A stretch of 12,004 bases of DNA from the NCBI GenBank assembly GCA_964454175.1, contig CAYVSA010000058.1:1-12004 (forward strand). Reading direction: 5' to 3'. This document shows, in pieces, positions 6,464-12,004 of this stretch (position 1 is the stretch's first letter; each line of letters opens with the position of its first letter). The position numbers and the translations under genes were made by a program. The notes beneath the pieces are model-generated. The model searched no databases. It saw only the letters and a list, made by a program, of their open reading frames with translations, and had not been told where the DNA came from. Origin of the DNA: an uncultured Pseudomonadota bacterium. GTDB lineage: Bacteria; BMS3Abin14.

Positions 6464-6694
6464 TCAACTGAAGTGGCGCTGGAAAAGCTCTCTTGAGGCC
6501 TTTATGCCCTCTTTTGTCAGAGCAACGGACCTTGCCTTCCCCTTTGGGTTTGAGATGTAGCCCTTCTCGAACAGGCGATCCATTGAATCCCACTGGTAAT
6601 TCTTCCAGGCTCTTGTACCTTCTTCCTCTGAAAAAGCCGTCAGCTGCATCAGGGCCAGAGTCACCTCGTCAACCTTGTTCTTATCGTACTTCAT
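6464..6694 (-). CDS. DUF6429 family small protein (winged-helix-like)
   Basis: 76 aa, strong SD AAAGGAGG. The pattern DKVDExxLAL..RAWKxYxWxxMDRLxEKGYISxPKxKAxSVxLTxEG is characteristic of DUF6429. Confidence 0.85.
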   Translation of the reverse strand: MKYDKNKVDEVTLALMQLTAFSEEEGTRAWKNYQWDSMDRLFEKGYISNPKGKARSVALTKEGIKASRELFQRHFS

Positions 6695-6765
6695 TTCCTG
6701 TTCCTCCTTTCAGTTTTCGGGTTTGAAGAGTGCACTGCCCAGTTAAATTGCAAGATCCAGTCCAT

Positions 6766-6794
6766 TTGACAACGTAACCTTCCTGCAGTAGTAT
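6766..6794 (+). promoter_or_regulatory. sigma70 promoter of the thi operon
   Basis: TTGACA(6766-6771)-17 bp-TAGTAT(6789-6794). The predicted start near 6801 is immediately before the riboswitch P1 helix. Confidence 0.8.
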
Positions 6795-6804
6795 TTTGCT
6801 ACGA

Positions 6805-6882
6805 CCGTTAGGGGAGCTCGTGAATACGGGCTGAGAAAAACCCTTGGAACCTGAACTGGATAATACCAGCGTAGGGAAACGG
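6805..6882 (+). ncRNA. TPP riboswitch (THI element) aptamer
   Basis: AGGGG...GCTGAGA...ACCCTT-GGAACCTGAACTGGATAATACCAGCGTAGGGAA fits the TPP consensus. P1 is CCGTT(6805-6809)/AACGG(6878-6882). It sits directly upstream of thiamine biosynthesis genes. Confidence 0.97.
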
Positions 6883-6917
6883 ACAGACATCGAGCATTCG
6901 CTATTAATGCAGAAGTC

Positions 6918-6946
6918 AGCCGTTCCCTCCCGGGAGCGGCTTTTTT
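6918..6946 (+). terminator. Riboswitch-controlled intrinsic terminator (expression platform)
   Basis: AGCCGTTCCC-tccc-GGGAGCGGCT followed by a T-tract. The 5' arm CCGTTCCCT can instead pair with AGGGAAACGG (6873-6882) at the aptamer 3' end, forming an antiterminator. Confidence 0.88.
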
Positions 6947-6961
6947 ATTGGGAGAAACAAG

Positions 6962-7717
6962 ATGAGGAAACTGAACGCTTCAGAAAAAGATCTTTACCGC
7001 AGAAACATACTGATACCGGAAGTCGGCGAAAAAGGTCAGGAAAAACTTCTTAACAGCAGCGTTCTGGTTGTAGGAGCAGGGGGTCTCGGGAGCCCCGCGC
7101 TTCTCTACCTTGCAGCCGCCGGGATTGGGAAGATCGGGATCGTCGACAGCGACCGGGTGGAACTTTCCAACCTCCAGAGACAGGTACTGCACGGCGTGGG
7201 GGACCTGGAGGCAGAAAAAGTCAGCTCCGCCGAAGAAAGCCTCATGAAGATCCGCCCGGATCTGGATCTGGCCCTTTTCAACTTCCGCCTGGATGCGGAC
7301 AATGCGCAGGACATTGTTTCCGGTTTCGATTTCATCATAGAGGCCACGGACAACTTCGAATCAAAGTTCCTCCTGAATGACGCCTGCGTAGCCGCCCGGA
7401 GGCCACTGACCACGGCAGGCATCCTGGGGATGTTCGGTCAGGTCATGACAGTTGTCCCCGGACAGGGGCCGTGCTTCCGGTGCGTTTTTCAGGACGTTCC
7501 TGAACCGGGCTCCATAAAGACCACCGCCGATGTCGGCGTCCTGGGCAGCGTTCCCGGGGTCCTCGGGTCGATCCAGGCAACGGAAGCCGTTAAATTCCTG
7601 ATAGGCACTGGCAGACTACTCACCGGCAGGCTCCTGACCTACGACGCCCTCGAGATGACATTCAGGCAGGTCCCGCTCTCTGAAAACCACAGGTGCGGCC
7701 TGTGCCGAAAAATATAA
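6962..7717 (+). CDS. thiF: ThiF/MoeB family sulfur-carrier adenylyltransferase
   Basis: 251 aa with VVGAGGLGS, DRVELSNLQRQ, ATDNF, and two Zn-binding CxxC motifs (CFRC, CGLC). First gene behind the TPP riboswitch. Confidence 0.9.
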   Translation: MRKLNASEKDLYRRNILIPEVGEKGQEKLLNSSVLVVGAGGLGSPALLYLAAAGIGKIGIVDSDRVELSNLQRQVLHGVGDLEAEKVSSAEESLMKIRPDLDLALFNFRLDADNAQDIVSGFDFIIEATDNFESKFLLNDACVAARRPLTTAGILGMFGQVMTVVPGQGPCFRCVFQDVPEPGSIKTTADVGVLGSVPGVLGSIQATEAVKFLIGTGRLLTGRLLTYDALEMTFRQVPLSENHRCGLCRKI

Positions 7718-7729
7718 GGAGAGATCAGT

Positions 7730-8500
7730 ATGGACGACAGACTGGAAATAGCAGGCAGGCATTTTTCATCGAGGCTATTCGTCGGAACGGGGAAATTCTC
7801 GTCCCCACAGGTGATGGCCGACGCCCTGGAGGCCTCCGGCACCGGGATGGTGACCGTCGCCTTAAGAAGGGTCGACATCGAGAGCCCCGAAGACAGCACC
7901 CTCGCAGCCATCGACCTGGAAAGGTATCTGCTCCTTCCCAACACTTCCGGGGCAAGGAGCTCGGACGAGGCCGTCCGGCTGGCAAGGCTCGCCCGGGCCG
8001 CGGGCTGTGAGCCCTGGGTTAAACTCGAGGTAACCCCGGAGCCGAGGTACCTGCTCCCCGATCCCATTGAGACCCTGAAGGCCGCCGAGATACTGGTAAA
8101 GGACGGCTTCACGGTCCTGCCCTACATAAACGCAGACCCTGTCCTGGCAAAGCGGCTCGAGGAGATCGGCACCGCAACGGTGATGCCGCTGGGCTCTCCC
8201 ATCGGTTCGAACCGCGGTATAAGAACGCGGGACTCCATCGAGATCATTATCGAGATGGCAAATGTACCTGTCGTGGTCGACGCGGGGCTCGGCGCGCCCT
8301 CGGACGCAGCAGCCGCCATGGAGATGGGAGCCGATGCCGTTCTGGTGAACACTGCCATCGCCGACGCCGGCGATCCGGCCGCCATGGCCCGGGCCTTTGC
8401 CAGGGGAGTTGAGGCCGGAAGGGAAGCTTACCTCGCGGGCATGGGTGAGCAGAGGGGAACTGCCGAAGCATCAAGCCCCCTGACCGGTTTTCTCAGATGA
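7730..8500 (+). CDS. thiG: Thiazole synthase
   Basis: 256 aa with [56 protein letters not shown] and [19 protein letters not shown]. Confidence 0.98.
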   Translation: MDDRLEIAGRHFSSRLFVGTGKFSSPQVMADALEASGTGMVTVALRRVDIESPEDSTLAAIDLERYLLLPNTSGARSSDEAVRLARLARAAGCEPWVKLEVTPEPRYLLPDPIETLKAAEILVKDGFTVLPYINADPVLAKRLEEIGTATVMPLGSPIGSNRGIRTRDSIEIIIEMANVPVVVDAGLGAPSDAAAAMEMGADAVLVNTAIADAGDPAAMARAFARGVEAGREAYLAGMGEQRGTAEASSPLTGFLR

Positions 8501-9618
8501 AGGACACCCGGACCTTTCTCGATATCTACAGGGCCCACCCTCAGGAGGCGGCAGAACAGGCCGTAAACACAGCCACCGCCGACCAGGTGGAGGCCGCCCT
8601 TGCCTCACCGAGGCCTTCCATAAACGACTTCGCCAGGCTGATTTCTCCTGCGGCACAACCATTTCTCGAGGATATGGCCCGAAGGGCAAACAGCATAACC
8701 CGCCAGCGCTTCGGCAGGGTTGTGAGCCTCTTTACGCCCCTTTACATTTCCAACTTCTGCTCCAACTCGTGCACCTACTGCGGCTTTAACAGGGGCGTGG
8801 ACGTGAAGCGAAGGACCCTGGACGTTGACGAGGTCATGGAGGAGGCAGGGCACCTTGCCGGCCTGGGCTTTTCCCACCTGCTCCTGGTGTCCGGTGAGAA
8901 TCCTGACGAGGTGAGCATCGATTATCTCGAGGAGATAGTGAAAAAACTAAAGCCCAGCTTCGCCTCCATAGCACTGGAGATCTACCCCCTGGACGAGGAT
9001 GGTTACTCGAGGCTGTCCCGGGCGGGGGCGGACGGCCTGATCGTCTACCAGGAGACCTACGACGAAAAGCTCTACCGGAAGTACCACCCCGCCGGGAAAA
9101 AGAGGGACTTCGCCTGGAGGCTCGCCACGCCGGAGAGGGGCGGTCAGGCCGGCCTGTTCAGGCTGGGGATCGGTGCCCTCCTGGGCCTTGCCGACTGGAG
9201 GCTGGAGGGGTACTACCTCGCACTCCACGCGCAGTACCTGATGCACCGCTTCTGGAAGTCGCACATAACGGTTTCCTTTCCCAGACTGAGGCCTGCCGCC
9301 GGGAGTTTTAAAGTCCCTCACCCGGTGTCGGACACGGACCTCGTACAGCTGATAACGGCGCTGCGGATATGTTTCCCGGACGCCGGGCTGGTCCTGTCCA
9401 CCCGGGAGACGGCATCGCTCAGGGACAACCTTGTTCCCCTGGGAATAACCACGATGAGCGCGGGTTCGTGCACTGAGCCGGGCGGCTACACCCATGCCGG
9501 TGAGTCCCAGCCGCAGTTCGACATCGCCGACCACCGCTCCCTGGAGTCGGTGTCCCGCGCACTGCTAAAAATGGGATACGAACCTGTCAAAAAGGACTGG
9601 GACGCCCTGCTCGGTTAA
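8497..9618 (+). CDS. thiH: 2-iminoacetate synthase (radical SAM tyrosine lyase)
   Basis: 373 aa with radical SAM motif [53 protein letters not shown] and QFDIAD. ATGA overlap with thiG. Confidence 0.96.
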   Translation: MKDTRTFLDIYRAHPQEAAEQAVNTATADQVEAALASPRPSINDFARLISPAAQPFLEDMARRANSITRQRFGRVVSLFTPLYISNFCSNSCTYCGFNRGVDVKRRTLDVDEVMEEAGHLAGLGFSHLLLVSGENPDEVSIDYLEEIVKKLKPSFASIALEIYPLDEDGYSRLSRAGADGLIVYQETYDEKLYRKYHPAGKKRDFAWRLATPERGGQAGLFRLGIGALLGLADWRLEGYYLALHAQYLMHRFWKSHITVSFPRLRPAAGSFKVPHPVSDTDLVQLITALRICFPDAGLVLSTRETASLRDNLVPLGITTMSAGSCTEPGGYTHAGESQPQFDIADHRSLESVSRALLKMGYEPVKKDWDALLG

Positions 9619-9647
9619 GCAGTGAACAGGCAAAGGAGGAACTAAAG

Positions 9648-9848
9648 ATGGAAGTTACCGTTAACGGGAAGAAAAAGAACCTCGAGGGGCCCGTCACCGT
9701 CTACGCGCTGCTCGCCGGGATGGACATCGATCCGGAGACCGTGGTTGTGGAAAGAAACCTCGAGATAGTGGCAAAGGACGACCTCGCCAGTACGGGCCTT
9801 TCGGACGGGGATTCGCTGGAGATCATCCGCTTCGTCGGAGGCGGTTAA
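9648..9848 (+). CDS. thiS: Sulfur carrier protein ThiS
   Basis: 66-aa ubiquitin-like protein (VNG...VVVERN...[13 protein letters not shown]) ending in the Gly-Gly motif. SD AAGGAGG. Confidence 0.96.
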   Translation: MEVTVNGKKKNLEGPVTVYALLAGMDIDPETVVVERNLEIVAKDDLASTGLSDGDSLEIIRFVGGG

Positions 9849-10517
9849 GTGACCAGGGGCGCCAGGCTTAAGAAACTGGGCCGGGCCGACATCTACCCCG
9901 TCATCTGCTCCTGGCTCTGCGCTGGTAAAGATCCCCTCCACATCCTGGAAAAGGCACTGGCGGGGGGAGCGAGGATGGTCCAGCTGCGCGAAAAGGACAT
10001 GCCGGACGGGGAGTTTTATGAACTGGCCCGCGGTTTCCGGAAGCTGACGAAAGATGCCGGTGCGCTGCTGGTGGTAAACGACCGTCCCGATATCGCTCTC
10101 GCCAGCGGGGCTGACGGCGTCCACCTGGGCCAGGACGACATGCCGGCAGGAACTGTTCGTGCTCTGGCACCGGACCTGATAATCGGGGTCTCCACCCACT
10201 CCCTGGAAGAAGCGCTCCAGGCAAAAGAGAACGGAGCAGACTACGTGAACGTGGGCCCCATCTTCGAGACGGGAACCAAGGAGGGCCTCCACCGTTTCCT
10301 CGGACCCGACGCAGTGACCGCCATCGGGAAAAAAGCAGGCCTTCCCTTTTCCGTGATGGGAGGTATCAAGCTCTCCAATGTAGATCAGGTGGTTTCCCGG
10401 GGCGCCGGTATCGTGGCCGCGGTGACTGCCATCACCCAGGCTGATGACGTGGAGGGGACGGTAAGGGCCTTCAGGGAGCTTATCATTCAGGAAGGCAGGC
10501 AGGCGGGCGTTACCTGA
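9849..10517 (+). CDS. thiE: Thiamine-phosphate synthase
   Basis: 222 aa, GTG start directly after the thiS stop. Motifs VQLREK, VNDRPDIA, ADGVHLGQDD, IGVSTHS, ADYVNVGPIFETGTK and MGGI. Confidence 0.95.
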   Translation: MTRGARLKKLGRADIYPVICSWLCAGKDPLHILEKALAGGARMVQLREKDMPDGEFYELARGFRKLTKDAGALLVVNDRPDIALASGADGVHLGQDDMPAGTVRALAPDLIIGVSTHSLEEALQAKENGADYVNVGPIFETGTKEGLHRFLGPDAVTAIGKKAGLPFSVMGGIKLSNVDQVVSRGAGIVAAVTAITQADDVEGTVRAFRELIIQEGRQAGVT

Positions 10518-11838
10518 TCTTTGTGTTCAGGGCGCAGTGGGTAGCCGAAAGGCTAACAGATGTTTCCCTGCCGCTCTCGCTCAGAAGCGATTCTAAAGCG
10601 TCGCAGGCCCTGGCGACGCCGTTTTCATTTCTCACAGCCTCCCCTGCAAGGGCGGCTGCGGCAAGGACCTCCTCCGAAAGGAGCCTTTCGAACACGGGTA
10701 CGACCCTGTCTGCCCTGTATGACTTCCTGTTGATGTATTCTGAAATTCCCAGGCGCCTGGCGTGATCGGCGTTGTCCGGCTGGTCCTGGCTGAAGGTGAC
10801 CAGGAATATCGGCTTTCCCGCCCTCATGCCCTCGCTGATGCTCCCCATACCCGCCGAGCTCACAATGAGACTGCAGCGTGGAAAAAGTTCCGAGTGTGGA
10901 GCGAACTCGCTGATGTAGACATCTTCGCTGCCCTTTATGGCTGGGGCGTTCTCCGGGAGCGGGCCAGTCAGGAGTACGCACCGGCGGCCAAGCCTCCGTG
11001 CGGCCTCGAGGCTCTCGGCGTAGAAAGACCCTGCTTCCACCACAGCCGATGATCCCAGCGTGAACACAATGGGCGGCGGGCCCGAATCGAGGAAGCGCTC
11101 CAGCCCCTCGTCCATCCTCCACTCCTCGTGGGAGCGCTGGAGGAACGGGTAGCCCGCAACCACCGTGTTGGGGGGCCAGTCCGGCTGGGGCTCGGCCAGT
11201 ATCCGGGGGAAAAGGGCCAGGGACAGTTCGGGCGAGTACTGCCCCTCGAACAGGGGGCTCTTTCCCTTCGGGAGGCCAAGCCGTTTTCTCAACCTGTACA
11301 CCGGCTTCATCCAGCTTCTTGTGTAGGCACGGGAAAAATTAATGACCACCCTTCCGCAGGCCGGATTCAGGCGGGCGAAGGCCGTCATCCAGGGGGAACC
11401 GGCAAAGACCGGCGGGTCGTGGGCGGAAAAGAAGCTTATGGGGGCTATCACGGCCGAGGCCCACCGCAAGCCATACTGCTCGGCCAGGACCGGCCCCGCG
11501 TATGTGATGGGGTGTGTGAGTATAAGGTCCGCCTCCTCGGTTATCTTTTTCAGGTCGTTGTAGGAGTCGGCCAGGTGGGGGAGGATGAACTTTCGCACCA
11601 GGTATTCCGGGCCGCTCCACTCCCTCATCAATCTCCTGATGGAGTCGGTGTCGGAGATGTCAATGTCGGGCCGGACGGGGAAGAACTCCACACCCATGTC
11701 CTCGATGTTCTCTCGGTAGATCCCGGCAGTGGCGACCACCGGCCTGTGGCCCCTCTCCCTGAGCTCAATCGCTATGGCCAGGAACGGGTTGATGTCCCCG
11801 TATGAGCCGAAAGTGGTCAGGACGATGCGTTTTCCCAT
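10510..11838 (-). CDS. Family 1 (GT-B) glycosyltransferase, RhlB/sterol-glucosyltransferase-like
   Basis: 442 aa with N-terminal TFGSYGDINPFLAIA, PQPDWP, PPIVFTLGS and donor-binding box FAPHSELFPRC...AGKP...DQPDNA. Its 3' end overlaps the thiE 3' end by 8 nt. Confidence 0.92.
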   Translation of the reverse strand: MGKRIVLTTFGSYGDINPFLAIAIELRERGHRPVVATAGIYRENIEDMGVEFFPVRPDIDISDTDSIRRLMREWSGPEYLVRKFILPHLADSYNDLKKITEEADLILTHPITYAGPVLAEQYGLRWASAVIAPISFFSAHDPPVFAGSPWMTAFARLNPACGRVVINFSRAYTRSWMKPVYRLRKRLGLPKGKSPLFEGQYSPELSLALFPRILAEPQPDWPPNTVVAGYPFLQRSHEEWRMDEGLERFLDSGPPPIVFTLGSSAVVEAGSFYAESLEAARRLGRRCVLLTGPLPENAPAIKGSEDVYISEFAPHSELFPRCSLIVSSAGMGSISEGMRAGKPIFLVTFSQDQPDNADHARRLGISEYINRKSYRADRVVPVFERLLSEEVLAAAALAGEAVRNENGVARACDALESLLSESGRETSVSLSATHCALNTKIR

Positions 11839-11873
11839 GCCGACAGTTTAGCGGGTCGGTTGAAAATTGGAAA
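11839..11873 (-). promoter_or_regulatory. Putative leaderless sigma70 promoter for the glycosyltransferase
   Basis: Minus strand TTTCCA(11873-11868)-17 bp-TAAACT(11850-11845)-gtcggc-ATG(11838). No SD before the ATG. Confidence 0.5.
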
Positions 11874-11899
11874 TTGGATAATGGAGCATTGGGAATTGG
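11864..11899. repeat. Degenerate tandem heptamer repeat (AAATTGG x5)
   Basis: AAATTGG AAATTGG ATAATGG AGCATTGG GAATTGG. Confidence 0.65.
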
Positions 11900-12004
11900 A
11901 TAAATAATTAATCCCCTCCCTGGATGTGAGTGGAACTTAAGGGGTTCTAGTGAATCACGATGCGAAGCTCAAGGCACTTGCGAAGGCGAGGGATTGCACC
12001 AGGA

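Noticed and set aside
6844..7053. 69-aa ORF as a leader peptide of the thi operon
   Set aside because: It starts at a TTG inside the TPP aptamer with no SD, crosses the terminator and overlaps thiF out of frame.
11911..12004. Possible gene start GTG 11950 (MNHDAKLKALAKARDCTR...) and a TCCCCTCCCTGGA motif reminiscent of repeats near DUF559 endonuclease genes
   Set aside because: Only 18 codons are visible at the window edge; the resemblance is too weak to call without downstream sequence.

Overview
Bacterial chromosomal window, probably from an anaerobe (ThiH-type thiazole pathway, DUF116; a deltaproteobacterial/Desulfobacterota-like origin is only an inference). Left to right: (i) the 5' part of a minus-strand DUF2779-family gene that appears to carry a large in-frame internal deletion; (ii) a 187-bp non-coding element bounded by 22-bp inverted repeats built from CACAGAG units; (iii) a cytoplasmic PAS-GAF-PAS-PAS-PAS hybrid histidine kinase; (iv) an 82-aa Arg-rich microprotein of DRR-x4-DRR repeats with its own promoter, RBS and terminator, a candidate multivalent c-di-GMP binder and the most interesting item here; (v) minus-strand genes for an exported tandem rhodanese, a DUF116 protein and a DUF6429 protein; (vi) a TPP riboswitch with a terminator platform leading thiF-thiG-thiH-thiS-thiE; (vii) a convergent family 1 glycosyltransferase, probably leaderless, preceded by AAATTGG heptamer repeats. 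No rRNA, tRNA, CRISPR array or transposase was seen. All family calls come from motif recognition by eye, not database searches.
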